64,000 nt of DNA from Syntrophales bacterium (GTDB lineage Bacteria > Desulfobacterota > Syntrophia > Syntrophales > PHBD01), in NCBI GenBank assembly GCA_963668175.1, contig OY764159.1, positions 320,001 to 384,000 on the forward strand, written 5' to 3'. Each line of letters starts with the position of its first letter. Within the stretch, counting starts at the first letter, position 1. Made by a program: the position numbers and the translations under genes. The notes below the pieces were generated by a model. The model did no database searches. It was not told where the DNA came from and saw only the letters and a list, made by a program, of their open reading frames with translations. Below, piece by piece: positions 49,642-60,060 of the stretch.

Positions 49642-51714
49642 ATGACCCAATCTGCATCGCTGCCTGACTATTTCAATTTGTACCGGCACGGCTTCATCCG
49701 GACTGCCGTCTGTATACCCGAGGTGAAAGTCGCCGACCCGGCCTTTAACGCCAAAAGCATCCTCGACCTCGCGCGAAAGGCCGCATCGCGTAAGGCGATT
49801 CTAGCTCTCTTTCCCGAGCTGGGCCTTTCGGCCTATTCGAACGAAGACCTTTTCCATCAGGAGGCCCTGCTGGGAGGCGTATTGCAGTCTTTGGAAACGA
49901 TCATTGCGGCCAGCACAGAGCTCGACCTTATCATGATCGTCGGAGCGCCTCTCCGTTTTGATAATCGCCTGTTCAATTGCGGGATCATCCTATACAGGGG
50001 GCGCATTCTCGGCATCGCCGTAAAGTCATACCTGCCGAATTACCGGGAGTTTTATGAAGCCCGTCAATTCAGTCCGGCGGAGGATGCATTGTCCAAAACT
50101 GTAAATCTATGCGGTCAGCGAGATATCCCATTCGGTGCGGACCTCTTGTTCCAAGTGGTCAATATACCTAATTTTGTTTGTTATTTCGAAATTTGCGAAG
50201 ATGTCTGGGTTCCCATTCCGCCATCCAGTTTTGCCGCGATGGCCGGCGCCACGGTGATGGGAAACCTTTCTGCTTCCAACATTACGATCGGCAAGGCGGA
50301 ATACAGGAAAAGCCTGGCGGAAAACCAATCCGCCCGATGCGTATCCGCGTATCTTTACGCCGCAGCGGGTCCCGGGGAATCGACGACGGACCTCGCCTGG
50401 GACGGACATGCCCTGATCTGCGAAAATGGCAATCTCCTTGCGGAATCGGAAAGGTTTGCCCAGGAGGCGCAAATCGTCTACTCGGACATCGATCTCGACC
50501 GACTGGCTTTGGACCGCATGCGCCAGACGAGTTTTGGGCAGAACGCCCGAACGCATAGGGAACGCGTTCTGCAATTTCGCAAGATACCCTTTTCGGTGGA
50601 CGTCATGGAGGGCAGAATCCTGCTCGACCGTATTTATCCCAGGTTCCCATACATACCGACCGACCCGGAGAAACAGAATCAGCGATGTTACGAGGCGTAT
50701 AATATCCAGGTCCAGGGACTGGCCCAACGTCTGAAATCTTCCGGCATTGAAAACGTCGTCATCGGCATCTCGGGAGGGCTCGATTCAACCCATGCCTTGA
50801 TCGTTGCCGCCCGTACAATGGATTTGCTGAAGCGGCCGAGACAGAATATCAAGGCATACACCATGCCGGGATTTGCAACGACGGGCAAGACCTATACCAA
50901 CGCCAAATTGCTCATGGATTCTCTGGGCGTGGAAGCCAACGAAATCGATATTAGACCAAGCTGTATGCAGATGCTCAAGGATCTGGGACATCCCTATGCG
51001 GAAGGACAGGAACTTTACGACATCACTTTCGAAAACATTCAGGCCGGCGAACGGACGTCCCATCTCTTTCGCATCGCCAACATGCGGAACGGCCTTGTGG
51101 TCGGTACGGGCGATTTGAGCGAACTGGCTCTGGGATGGTGTACGTACGGCGTGGGCGACCATATGTCCCATTACAACGTCAATGCAGGCGTCCCTAAAAC
51201 CCTGATTCAGCACTTGATCCACTGGGTCGCCAGTCAAGTCATCTTTTCGAAAGAGACTTCGTCCATTCTGCTGGATATTCTCGACACGGAAATCAGTCCT
51301 GAATTGATACCCAGCCAGGAAGCCGGCGGGCCGACGCAGAAAACGGAATCCGTTATCGGCCCCTACGAACTGCAGGATTTCAACAATTTTTACACCACGC
51401 GCTTCGGCTACCTACCGACCAAGATCGCCTTTATGGCTTACTGTACATGGAAAGACAAAGAGGCCGGCTTCTGGCCGGACACGCCGCAAGAAAAGAGAAA
51501 TCAATATACCATCGGAGAAATCAAGCGTTGGCTGGAACTCTATGTCTGCCGATTCTTCAAGACGAGCCAGTACAAACGCTCCTGCATTCCGAACAGTCCG
51601 AAGGTGGGCTCCGGCGGTTCCCTTTCGCCCCGGGGAGACTACCGGGCTCCGAGTGACAGCGAAGCCGTAGTTTGGCTGGACAATGTGCGGCTGATACCCG
51701 ATAACGACGTATAG
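49642..51714 (+). CDS. nadE: Glutamine-dependent NAD+ synthetase
   Basis: Nitrilase domain (FPEL, KSYLPNY, EICEDVW) plus SGGLDST, ENIQA, GTGDLSE. Confidence 0.96.
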   Translation: MTQSASLPDYFNLYRHGFIRTAVCIPEVKVADPAFNAKSILDLARKAASRKAILALFPELGLSAYSNEDLFHQEALLGGVLQSLETIIAASTELDLIMIVGAPLRFDNRLFNCGIILYRGRILGIAVKSYLPNYREFYEARQFSPAEDALSKTVNLCGQRDIPFGADLLFQVVNIPNFVCYFEICEDVWVPIPPSSFAAMAGATVMGNLSASNITIGKAEYRKSLAENQSARCVSAYLYAAAGPGESTTDLAWDGHALICENGNLLAESERFAQEAQIVYSDIDLDRLALDRMRQTSFGQNARTHRERVLQFRKIPFSVDVMEGRILLDRIYPRFPYIPTDPEKQNQRCYEAYNIQVQGLAQRLKSSGIENVVIGISGGLDSTHALIVAARTMDLLKRPRQNIKAYTMPGFATTGKTYTNAKLLMDSLGVEANEIDIRPSCMQMLKDLGHPYAEGQELYDITFENIQAGERTSHLFRIANMRNGLVVGTGDLSELALGWCTYGVGDHMSHYNVNAGVPKTLIQHLIHWVASQVIFSKETSSILLDILDTEISPELIPSQEAGGPTQKTESVIGPYELQDFNNFYTTRFGYLPTKIAFMAYCTWKDKEAGFWPDTPQEKRNQYTIGEIKRWLELYVCRFFKTSQYKRSCIPNSPKVGSGGSLSPRGDYRAPSDSEAVVWLDNVRLIPDNDV

Positions 51715-51716
51715 CC

Positions 51717-51917
51717 ATGACAAGGGAACAGTACAAGGATTTCGACGCCACCCAGCTATATTGCGCCGCCTGCAAACAAGCGGTACCGGTCAGAAAAAGG
51801 TTGCTCCTCATACTGCCGGAAGGCGACAAGTACGACTACACCTGTGTATATTGCGGCGCGTCCGTAGGGGAGAAGATCGTGACCGATCAAAACCACCTCG
51901 GGACCATCATCAAATGA
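51717..51917 (+). CDS. Small zinc-ribbon protein
   Basis: 66 aa with CAAC...CVYC; tightly packed between nadE and the ADH gene (ATGA overlap). Confidence 0.7.
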   Translation: MTREQYKDFDATQLYCAACKQAVPVRKRLLLILPEGDKYDYTCVYCGASVGEKIVTDQNHLGTIIK

Positions 51918-52915
51918 AGGCCTTCGTGCTTAGTCAGCCCAAAAGCATCACGCAGGACCCGCTGCAGGCGGCCGACATGCCTCTGCCGTCGCTGAATCCA
52001 GACGAGATCCTGGTCAGAATTCATGTCTGCGGAATCTGTCACACCGACCTCCATACGGTCGAAGGAGATATTCATCCGCCGGCCCTGCCGATCGTTCCGG
52101 GACATCAGATCGTCGGTACCGTAACAGACAGGGGCCCTCAGGCCCATCGGTTCAATCAAGGAGACCGTGTCGGTATAGCCTGGCTCCAGTACACGTGCGG
52201 AAAGTGTGCCTTCTGCCGCTCGGGCAGGGAAAATCTCTGCGAGCGTCCTCTTTTTACGGGATTCCATCGAAACGGCGGCTATGCCGAATACGCGGCAGTC
52301 CATGAGGATTTCGCCTACCCTGTCCCGCCCGGATTTTCAGATCAGGATGCAGCGCCCCTTCTCTGCGCGGGCATCATCGGCTATCGTTCCTTGAAACGAA
52401 GCGAATTTGCGAGAGGAAAGCGCCTGGGGCTATACGGCTTCGGGGCTTCTGCCCATATAGCGATACAGATTGCCATTCACGAAGGATGCGAAGTTTTCGT
52501 CTTTACCCGGGGCAAGAGGCACCGGGAATTGGCTTCACAACTCGGAGCCGTGTGGACAGGCAGTGCCGCAGAAACCCCACCAGCCAAGATGGACAGCGCC
52601 ATCATCTTTGCACCTGCGGGAGAACTCGTCCCCTTAGCTCTGAAGAACCTTAACAAGGGTGGTGTTCTGGCCCTGGGCGGCATTCACATGAGCACGATCC
52701 CGCCACTCGATTATGCGGCCTGTCTCTTCGATGAACGGACCGTCCGCAGTGTAACGGCCAATACCAGGCAGGACGGCATGGAACTGATGAATCTCGCCGC
52801 CGAGATCCCGATCAAGACCGAAACCAGCCTGTTTCCCCTTCAGGAAGCCAATCGGGCCCTGAATTTATTAAAGACCGGGCAGATCAACGGTGCGGGTGTC
52901 CTCTCCGTCAGCTGA
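51914..52915 (+). CDS. Zn-dependent alcohol dehydrogenase family protein
   Basis: CGICHTD, PGHQ, CGKCAFC...C, CAGIIGY, GLYGFGASA. Start ATG 51914. Confidence 0.92.
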   Translation: MKAFVLSQPKSITQDPLQAADMPLPSLNPDEILVRIHVCGICHTDLHTVEGDIHPPALPIVPGHQIVGTVTDRGPQAHRFNQGDRVGIAWLQYTCGKCAFCRSGRENLCERPLFTGFHRNGGYAEYAAVHEDFAYPVPPGFSDQDAAPLLCAGIIGYRSLKRSEFARGKRLGLYGFGASAHIAIQIAIHEGCEVFVFTRGKRHRELASQLGAVWTGSAAETPPAKMDSAIIFAPAGELVPLALKNLNKGGVLALGGIHMSTIPPLDYAACLFDERTVRSVTANTRQDGMELMNLAAEIPIKTETSLFPLQEANRALNLLKTGQINGAGVLSVS

Positions 52916-52960
52916 TAAAAAAGGAGCCGTGACAAGAAATAATCACGGCTCCTCATTTTT
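52916..52960. terminator. Bidirectional terminator
   Basis: Stem AGGAGCCGTGA/TCACGGCTCCT flanked by an A-run and a T-run, between convergent genes. Confidence 0.75.
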
Positions 52961-52986
52961 AATGATCTTTGCGTCTTAAGCGGCTG

Positions 52987-53757
52987 CTATCTTCCGATCA
53001 CGTAGCGATAGGGATCGATCTCTTCGCGCAGAATGGACAGCTCCTGCTTCGTGGGCGGTTTGTTCTCGACGATCTTCTTCGCCTTCAGAAGCTCAAATCC
53101 GCAGTTTTCCTGAACGTCTTTCTCCGTGTAACCGGGATTGACGGCGATGATTCTCATTCTCTTCGATTCCGGTTCAAAATCCATGACGGCCATGTTCGTG
53201 ATGATCTTGTAAGGGCCGGCTCCCAGCGGAAGGCCGGATTTCGCGCGGGAATCCCCGCCCGTCAACCAACCGGGCGTCGTGATGTAGTTGATTTTCTCTG
53301 CGAATCGCTTGGGGTCCTGCGGCGTCATGACCATCATCCTCCAGCAGAAGGAGGCAAAATCATTGGCCCCACCGCTGCCGGGGAATCTGACCTTCGGTTT
53401 CTGGTGATCGGGACCGATTCGGGTCGAATTAAGGTTACCGTACATATCGATCTGGGCGCCGCCGAGGAACGTATAGTCCAGCATGCCTCTGCAGGCCGTT
53501 TCCATAATTTCGCACATACCGGCTGCGATAACCGCTTTGTAAGTGGTCCGGGAATCGCCGACCGAAATGGGCATTTCGGGAATCAAAGGGGCAGCTCCGC
53601 CGGCCTCGAAGAAAATGGCCAGGTTCGGGCTACCGGTTTTTTGGGCAAGCATCGCCGCGGCGCAGGGAGCACCGGTTCCGACGCCGATGGAGGCACCGTC
53701 TTCCAGCTCGCGGGCTGCGGTCGTTATCATCAGTTCCATGGTATTGTAATCAGCCAT
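52987..53757 (-). CDS. Family I CoA-transferase beta subunit (GctB-like)
   Basis: GVGTG, FEAG catalytic-Glu position, GGAQIDMYGNLNST, PGSGGAND. Confidence 0.88.
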   Translation of the reverse strand: MADYNTMELMITTAARELEDGASIGVGTGAPCAAAMLAQKTGSPNLAIFFEAGGAAPLIPEMPISVGDSRTTYKAVIAAGMCEIMETACRGMLDYTFLGGAQIDMYGNLNSTRIGPDHQKPKVRFPGSGGANDFASFCWRMMVMTPQDPKRFAEKINYITTPGWLTGGDSRAKSGLPLGAGPYKIITNMAVMDFEPESKRMRIIAVNPGYTEKDVQENCGFELLKAKKIVENKPPTKQELSILREEIDPYRYVIGR

Positions 53758-53775
53758 ACCGTATTCTCCTCCTTT

Positions 53776-54768
53776 CTAGTCTCTGGCTTTGGTGAACATG
53801 AACTCTTTGGCTCTCAGCTTCAACAGCTTGTGCATCCCGCCATTCTTGTCGATGTAATCGAAGTGATCCTTGCAGCTGTATATGTTCTTATCGAGGAATT
53901 TTTTCAATTCATCGGGATTCTCTTCCACCTTCATCCATTCTTTAAGGTGGTCCTCGTCAGAGAAATATTCCCCGTACATGTTGCCGGGGTAGCTGCCGTA
54001 AGGCACTTCGCACACCGCGTCCACGAGCCAGTAAGGAATTACGGTGAAACTTGGGTCTCTGCGAATTTCCTCGTTGGGAATCAGTCTTTCGCAGGTGATG
54101 ATAAGACGCTTGGATGCCCGGGCCACGTCGTAGTCGGATACGGTGATGCCGCGCATACGGCAGTTCCCGTAAATGTCCGCCTCATGAACATGGATGGCCG
54201 ACACATCGGGATAGATGGCCGGCTGGGCAACATACTTGGTCCCCGTGAAGGGGCATTGAATGATTTTGCCGCCGCTGAACTTGAACGTATCGGTTCCCAT
54301 CATGTTTCTTGCGGGATAGAACGATACGCCGGCCGCAGCAGCCTTGAAACGGACGGACAGAGAATAGTTCGTCCATTCGCTGACATCGACTTTGCCGCTT
54401 TCCATGTAGCGTCTTGCATTGGGAGAGAGCCCGCGGGCCTCAAGACCTACGATATAAGCGACATCCAGTTTGTTAAAAACCTCGCCGGCACAGAGAATCT
54501 GGAAATCGTGGGTTGACGTGTGGCCTGCGAAACCCATGTTCTTTCTGCCCTGCCTGACAATTTCATGGGCGACCGCCGCAGGGATCCTGTTGGCGCCGAA
54601 CCCGCCAAGGGTCAAGTAGTCGCCGTCATGGACAAACTTCTCCACGGCCTCTTTGACAGACATCACCTTGGATTCCAGTTTTCGGCTTTTCTTTCGGAAA
54701 AATGCCCTTGCCTTGTCCGCATCAGGGTCTGTGAAGATTTTGCCTACACCTTGATCAATTACTTCCAC
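53776..54768 (-). CDS. Family I CoA-transferase alpha subunit (GctA-like)
   Basis: EAVEKFVHDGD..GGF, CPFTG, HVHEADIYGN, GSYP. GTG 54768 follows AAGGAGGT. Confidence 0.88.
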   Translation of the reverse strand: MEVIDQGVGKIFTDPDADKARAFFRKKSRKLESKVMSVKEAVEKFVHDGDYLTLGGFGANRIPAAVAHEIVRQGRKNMGFAGHTSTHDFQILCAGEVFNKLDVAYIVGLEARGLSPNARRYMESGKVDVSEWTNYSLSVRFKAAAAGVSFYPARNMMGTDTFKFSGGKIIQCPFTGTKYVAQPAIYPDVSAIHVHEADIYGNCRMRGITVSDYDVARASKRLIITCERLIPNEEIRRDPSFTVIPYWLVDAVCEVPYGSYPGNMYGEYFSDEDHLKEWMKVEENPDELKKFLDKNIYSCKDHFDYIDKNGGMHKLLKLRAKEFMFTKARD

Positions 54769-54959
54769 TGGACTTACCTCCTTCATGATTATTCTTGGCG
54801 ATACGTCAAATAAGCAAACAATACCGCCTTGTTGCCATCGTCCACCTCGTTGGCAAGCAACACCACACCATGTGAATTAATCGTCAAGGCACTAGCATAA
54901 ACAACATGTCTTGGCAAGGAAAAACACAAAAGAAACGATTGGAAGTATATGAGGACGGG

Positions 54960-55421
54960 CTATGAATCCTTTTTCTTATCAGCAAGGACTTTCCTGAGTT
55001 TTTCTCCCAGGGTTCCAAGGCCGGATTCCGACCTTTCCTGATAGGCAACGGCTACATCCGGCTTGGATGCCTGGCCGCCGAAATAGTCCCCCAGAAGTCC
55101 CCGGCTGTGTTCATCTTCATGACAATAGACGCAGAGGTTCTCCCAGTTGCTTCCGTCCGGGGGATTGTTGTCGTGATTGCCGTCTTTATGATGGACGGTA
55201 AGCAAGTGGCGGTTGGTGTGATCGAATTCTCTCCCGCAATGGGCGCATATCAGGCCGTGGATGGCAAGCGATCTCTCGCGGTAATCGGCCCCGGCCTGCA
55301 GTTGCTGCGCGGCTTTTATATCGCGGACGACATCTTCCAGAGGCCTGGCCGATTTCGTGTCGACTTTGACCGGGCGGGAACGCATCCGCGTCCCCTTGGG
55401 TCCGAAGCTCATTTTCGCCAT
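54960..55421 (-). CDS. yajD: YajD family HNH nuclease
   Basis: YRERSL, CAHCGREF, LTVHHKDGNHDNNPPDGSNWENLCVYCHEDEH. Confidence 0.88.
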   Translation of the reverse strand: MAKMSFGPKGTRMRSRPVKVDTKSARPLEDVVRDIKAAQQLQAGADYRERSLAIHGLICAHCGREFDHTNRHLLTVHHKDGNHDNNPPDGSNWENLCVYCHEDEHSRGLLGDYFGGQASKPDVAVAYQERSESGLGTLGEKLRKVLADKKKDS

Positions 55422-55442
55422 GACCGGGCTCCTTCAAGACAT

Positions 55443-55829
55443 TCATTTCCCCGAACGATAGACGGAAAGGAATGCCATAAGCCCTCTCTTGAAGGCCATG
55501 AAATTCGTAAGGATATGGAAGGCGGGCAATTTCATTTTCCCCCGCAGCAGTTCTTCCAGATCGAGAATGAAACCCATGATGCTTTGTATCCTTCCTACGA
55601 CAAGAGCCAGCCCCTCCACCTGCACTTGAACCGTATTGGATGCCAGACGGATATTGAGAGTGATTTCTTCAAGGTTCTTCAATATCCCCGGGAGACTGCC
55701 GTTGAGCGTTGACAAAGTCTCGGAGAGATGCTTAGCCGCTCTGCGTACTTGCAGAAGTGAAGGAATGATGAATATCACCATAAGAAGAAACGCCACGCTT
55801 ATAAGGGCGATGCCGGTCTCCAGAGACAT
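55443..55829 (-). CDS. DUF948-like membrane-anchored coiled-coil protein
   Basis: N-terminal TM followed by heptad-like helices; RBS AGGAGAG. Confidence 0.6.
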   Translation of the reverse strand: MSLETGIALISVAFLLMVIFIIPSLLQVRRAAKHLSETLSTLNGSLPGILKNLEEITLNIRLASNTVQVQVEGLALVVGRIQSIMGFILDLEELLRGKMKLPAFHILTNFMAFKRGLMAFLSVYRSGK

Positions 55830-56067
55830 ACGTTCTCTCCTTTATAGGTCACGGTTGTCGGTTCATGAAGTCTCGTGCCGAATGCCGTTATGATACAGAC
55901 TGTACCATAAGTATCCATCGACACACAAGAAACAATTCGAAACACCTGGATAGCAAGCCTCTGGGCGCCCGCGTTTTCATGTCGCGGGAGTAACAGCGCT
56001 GCCTTTTCTCGTCACCTTTAACCGACCATTCAGCATTCCGGCACGTCTCATTTCATGCTCCTTCCCG

Positions 56068-56112
56068 AAAAAAAGCCAGCCGGAAATTCCCATTGCGGGT
56101 TTTCTGGCTGGC
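56068..56112 (-). terminator. Terminator downstream of the small lipoprotein
   Basis: Stem GCCAGCCGGAAA/TTTCTGGCTGGC (one mismatch) with a U-run on the minus strand. Confidence 0.7.
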
Positions 56113-56144
56113 CTTCTTGATTCAGGACTATGCTACTGTCTATG

Positions 56145-56366
56145 CTATTTTGCTGCCGGTGTTGTCGCCGCGGGGGCCGCCGGAGGTACGGCGGGAGCGG
56201 GCGTCGTCGCTGCAGTCGTGGCTGCAGGAGCGGGTGCCGGCGGTGGCGCAACGGTCTTAACCTCGGCAGGCTTCTGCTCTTCTGTTTTCTGGCAACCAAT
56301 TACGAAAAAAGAACTCGTGACCAAGAACAAAAGAGACAGCGTCATCGCGAACATCTTCTTCATCAT
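56145..56366 (-). CDS. Small Pro/Ala/Thr-rich lipoprotein
   Basis: MKK, hydrophobic core and lipobox VIGC; low-complexity tail; strong RBS GAGGAGGTG; own terminator. Confidence 0.75.
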   Translation of the reverse strand: MMKKMFAMTLSLLFLVTSSFFVIGCQKTEEQKPAEVKTVAPPPAPAPAATTAATTPAPAVPPAAPAATTPAAK

Positions 56367-56496
56367 GGGTTCACCTCCTCTCGTAAATTATGGTAAGTGC
56401 CTGTGAAAATACGCTTATTTTTTACCTTGTCAAGACATATTTATCATTATATAAGGTTGCACGAACGGGTGTTTTCACGCACGGGGAGACTGTTGC

Positions 56497-58158
56497 ATGA
56501 TACTGGGTATCGATGTCGGAGGCACACACACAGATGCGGTTCTTATAAAAAATCACGAAGTCGTAAAAAAAGCAAAAGTCCTCACGGAAAATCAGAATAT
56601 CCTGGCTTCACTTCTCAAGGTAACCGAGGCCTTGTTCCGGGACAGAAATCCCGGGGACCTGCAACGGGTGGTTCTCAGTACTACTATCTCGACCAATGCC
56701 ATTGTTCAGAACAAAATCGGACGGGTGGGAATGGTCCTTGTCGCCGGTCCCGGTTTGTCCCATTCCTATCTGAAAATCAGTGACGATACCCATTTCGTTT
56801 CCGGTTACATCAATCATCGGGGTATCGAAGCTGCACCGCTCAACAACGAAGAAATATCCGGCATACGAAAAACCTTTCAAAATGAAGGCATCGTGCACGC
56901 GGGCGTCGTGGGAAAATTTTCCTCGCGCAATCCGGAGCAGGAAATAGCCATCCGGGACGGCATCAACCACGGAATGGAACATGTCTCCATGGGCCATCGG
57001 TTGTCCGGTCATCTCAATTTCCCCCGCCGTATAGCGACTACTTTTCTCAATGAAGCCATTTGGGACATTTACAGCAATTTCGTAACCCAGGTCGTTCGTT
57101 TCGTCAGGGAACTGAAGATCACGGCCCCTATTTACATCCTCAAGGCGGACGGCGGCACTTTCGATATCCGTCAATCAACGGAGTATCCTGTCGAGACGAT
57201 TCTGTCGGGACCGGCGGCAAGCATCATGGGTATATTAAGCCTGGCGGACATCAAGGAAGATGCCGTTGCGCTGGACATAGGCGGGACGACGACCGATATC
57301 GCCGTCTTTGCCGACGCAGTCCCATTGCTTGAACCTTACGGCGTTCAGATCGACCGTTACAAGACCCTGATCCGCGGTCTTCAGACCAAATCCATCGGCA
57401 TCGGCGGCGACAGCCGCGTGAAACTGGAAGCGGGCAAACTGGTCGTCGGTCCTGAGCGGGAAGGTCCGGCCGCTGCGTGCGGCGGTGCACATCCCACTCC
57501 GACGGACGCCATGGTTGTTTTGGGTTTGACGGATTTCGGCGATAAACGTGCTGCGGAAACCGCCATTGCCGGCATTGCCGATCAATGGAAACGCTCCGTC
57601 ATGGAGACGGCAAAGGCGATCTATGAAGAAAGCTGCTTGAAGATCGCATCTCATGTTTCCGAAATGATACGAAAAATCAATGACAAACCCGTGTACACCA
57701 TCCACGAACTTCTGGAAGGCAAACGGCTGGCCCCCAAAATCCTTTATGTCGTGGGCGGACCTGCCGGGGCCATGGCCCCCAGGCTGGGAGAACTTTTGGA
57801 GTGCCCCGTGCAGATTCCCCCCAATGCCGAAGTCGCCAATGCCATCGGGGCGGCCCTGGCCAGAGCAACGGCCGAATTGACGATTCTTGCCGATACGGAG
57901 CGCAAGACCCTCGTCGTTGCCGAAGAAGGACTGCAAATGTCTATCCCCGCGCGCTTTTCCCGGGAAGACGCCGTAAAGATCGGCAGGGAAAAATTGCGGG
58001 AAAAGGCGGCCGTTATGGGTGCAGAAGACAAGGATCTGGCCGTTGAAGTCGTCGAATCTCAGGAATTCAACATGGTGAGGGGCTTTTACACATCCGGCAA
58101 GAATATCCGGGTGAAGCTGCAAATTAAACCGGGCTTGATCTCAGGGCCGTCGAAGTGA
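56497..58158 (+). CDS. Hydantoinase A/oxoprolinase family protein
   Basis: GIDVGGTHTD, STTISTNA, LSGPAAS, DIGGTTTD, PTPTDA, ANAIGAA. Confidence 0.9.
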   Translation: MILGIDVGGTHTDAVLIKNHEVVKKAKVLTENQNILASLLKVTEALFRDRNPGDLQRVVLSTTISTNAIVQNKIGRVGMVLVAGPGLSHSYLKISDDTHFVSGYINHRGIEAAPLNNEEISGIRKTFQNEGIVHAGVVGKFSSRNPEQEIAIRDGINHGMEHVSMGHRLSGHLNFPRRIATTFLNEAIWDIYSNFVTQVVRFVRELKITAPIYILKADGGTFDIRQSTEYPVETILSGPAASIMGILSLADIKEDAVALDIGGTTTDIAVFADAVPLLEPYGVQIDRYKTLIRGLQTKSIGIGGDSRVKLEAGKLVVGPEREGPAAACGGAHPTPTDAMVVLGLTDFGDKRAAETAIAGIADQWKRSVMETAKAIYEESCLKIASHVSEMIRKINDKPVYTIHELLEGKRLAPKILYVVGGPAGAMAPRLGELLECPVQIPPNAEVANAIGAALARATAELTILADTERKTLVVAEEGLQMSIPARFSREDAVKIGREKLREKAAVMGAEDKDLAVEVVESQEFNMVRGFYTSGKNIRVKLQIKPGLISGPSK

Positions 58159-59474
58159 GCAAAGACATGGCGAAACAACGAAAAACCGGCTTGATCTTTT
58201 TCCCGGCATTTGACTGGGCGATATCGCCCACGCATCCCGAGAGGGAAGAGCGACTGCTCTATACCCAGGACCAGGTGATCGAAGAAGGGCTGCTCGATCT
58301 GGACAACATCGTCGAATACAAACCCGGTTTGGCAACCGTTGCGGATATCAACCGTGCCCATATATGTGTCCCCAACGCGAAAAGCGTAATCACCGAATCC
58401 CATCTTATTTCAGCGGGGGGCGCCATAACGGCGGCAGAGAAGGTCATGCAAAAAGAGGTCGACAACGCCTTCGCCCTCGTCAGGCCGCCCGGCCATCATG
58501 CCATGCTCGTCGTTCACGGCGCCAGGGGTTTCTGCAACATCAATATCGAAGCGGTCATGATCGAATATATCAGGCAGCATTACGGCGTCCGCAGGATCGC
58601 CGTCATCGATACGGATTGCCATCACGGGGACGGCACCCAGGACATTTATTGGAACGATCCTGATACTTTATGCATATCCATTCACCAGGACGGACGCACC
58701 CTTTACCCGGGAACAGGTTTCGTCGAAGACCTCGGAGGCCCCAACGCCCTGGGCGCGACGATCAATATTCCCCTTCCGCCCAGAACGGGTGCCGAAGGGT
58801 TTTTATATGCCCTGGATCATGCCATACTGCCCATCCTGGATGAATTCAAGCCTGATCTCATCATCAATTCGGCAGGACAGGACAACCACTACACGGACCC
58901 GATCACCAATATGCAGTTTACGGCCCAGGGCTATGCGACGTTAAATGAAAGGCTCCGTCCGGACATTGCCGTCCTGGAAGGGGGCTATTCCATCGAGAAC
59001 GCTTTGCCTTACGTAAATGTCGGGATTATCCTGGCCATGGCGGGAATCGATTACAGCGGCGTCAAAGAACCCGACTATAACCCTGATCTCCTCACCCAGT
59101 CGAAGGATATTACCCGAACCATAGAAAAGACCGCCGCAGAAATCTACAAAATCTGGAAGAATCGGGCCGCTTTGAAAGAGAAACTCGTAGGCGATGCCCG
59201 TTATGCCAAGCGCAGGAAACACATCTATTACGATACGGACGGCATCAGCGAACAGCAGGAAGAAACCGTGCGCATCTGTAACGATTGCGGCGGGCTTGTC
59301 GTCATCGACTCTATTTCCGACAGAGGCAACAGGATTTATGCCGTTATCGTGCCCCGCCACTCATGCCCGGACTGCAGGCACGACGGCGAAGAAATGTTCA
59401 ACTCCACCGATAAGGGCAAGTATCGCTTCATCTTTTTTCAAGACAAGGACAAGGATGTTTTCGAAGTGAAATAG
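58155..59474 (+). CDS. Histone deacetylase-family amidohydrolase with C-terminal Cys motifs
   Basis: RPPGHHA, GFC, DTDCHHGDGT, YPGTG, SAGQD, EGGY; CNDC...CPDC tail; GTGA overlap with upstream gene. Confidence 0.9.
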   Translation: MSKDMAKQRKTGLIFFPAFDWAISPTHPEREERLLYTQDQVIEEGLLDLDNIVEYKPGLATVADINRAHICVPNAKSVITESHLISAGGAITAAEKVMQKEVDNAFALVRPPGHHAMLVVHGARGFCNINIEAVMIEYIRQHYGVRRIAVIDTDCHHGDGTQDIYWNDPDTLCISIHQDGRTLYPGTGFVEDLGGPNALGATINIPLPPRTGAEGFLYALDHAILPILDEFKPDLIINSAGQDNHYTDPITNMQFTAQGYATLNERLRPDIAVLEGGYSIENALPYVNVGIILAMAGIDYSGVKEPDYNPDLLTQSKDITRTIEKTAAEIYKIWKNRAALKEKLVGDARYAKRRKHIYYDTDGISEQQEETVRICNDCGGLVVIDSISDRGNRIYAVIVPRHSCPDCRHDGEEMFNSTDKGKYRFIFFQDKDKDVFEVK

Positions 59475-59662
59475 CCGTGTCCGGATGGTGAAGGACGAAG
59501 CGATGGGACGGGACAACTGCCGCTTCCATGAATGCACGGTCTATCCCTTCATCTAAAATGTCAGTTTCCCGAACAGCTACCGATCAGTAACGATGCGTTT
59601 CCGGCTGTCCAAAGCAGCCGTTAAACGATCAAAATAAAAACAAAAAAGGAGAGGACGAGAGA

Positions 59663-60055
59663 ATGAGCGACGATGTCAACAAAAGAACACAGGAAACGGC
59701 GAAGAAGCTTTTTTCAAAAGGCGTCAAGATGGACCCGCCATACTTGATGTGGAAGGAATTTGACAAAGACCTCGCGAATGACTTTTCCCGGTTTATTACG
59801 GGAAATCTTTATTCGCGAACGGTTCTGACGCTTCCGGAACGGCAGATGGTTGCCTGCGCCATGTTGGCCGCCCTCCGTGCCGGCGGCGAACTCAAGCTGC
59901 ACGTCAATGCCGCATTGAACGTAGGCTGCGATCCTAAAAAACTTGCCGAAGTCTTTTTCCAGGTTGCGACTTACGCCGGCATGCCGGCCGTCAATGAGGC
60001 TCTGGAGGTATACAGGGAGGTTCTTAAAGAAAGAGGGGAATGGCCGGTTAAATAG
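59663..60055 (+). CDS. Carboxymuconolactone decarboxylase family protein
   Basis: YSR..L...ERQM, ELKLHVNAALNVG, YAGMPA; RBS GGAGAGG. Confidence 0.85.
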   Translation: MSDDVNKRTQETAKKLFSKGVKMDPPYLMWKEFDKDLANDFSRFITGNLYSRTVLTLPERQMVACAMLAALRAGGELKLHVNAALNVGCDPKKLAEVFFQVATYAGMPAVNEALEVYREVLKERGEWPVK

Positions 60056-60060
60056 AAAAG

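Noticed and set aside
52969..54516. 515-aa + strand ORF opposite the CoA-transferase genes
   Set aside because: Antisense shadow of two well-supported genes; no RBS or motifs.
54960..55421. HNH protein as a homing endonuclease or defence nuclease
   Set aside because: It matches the conserved chromosomal YajD pattern, with no intron, methylase or defence context.
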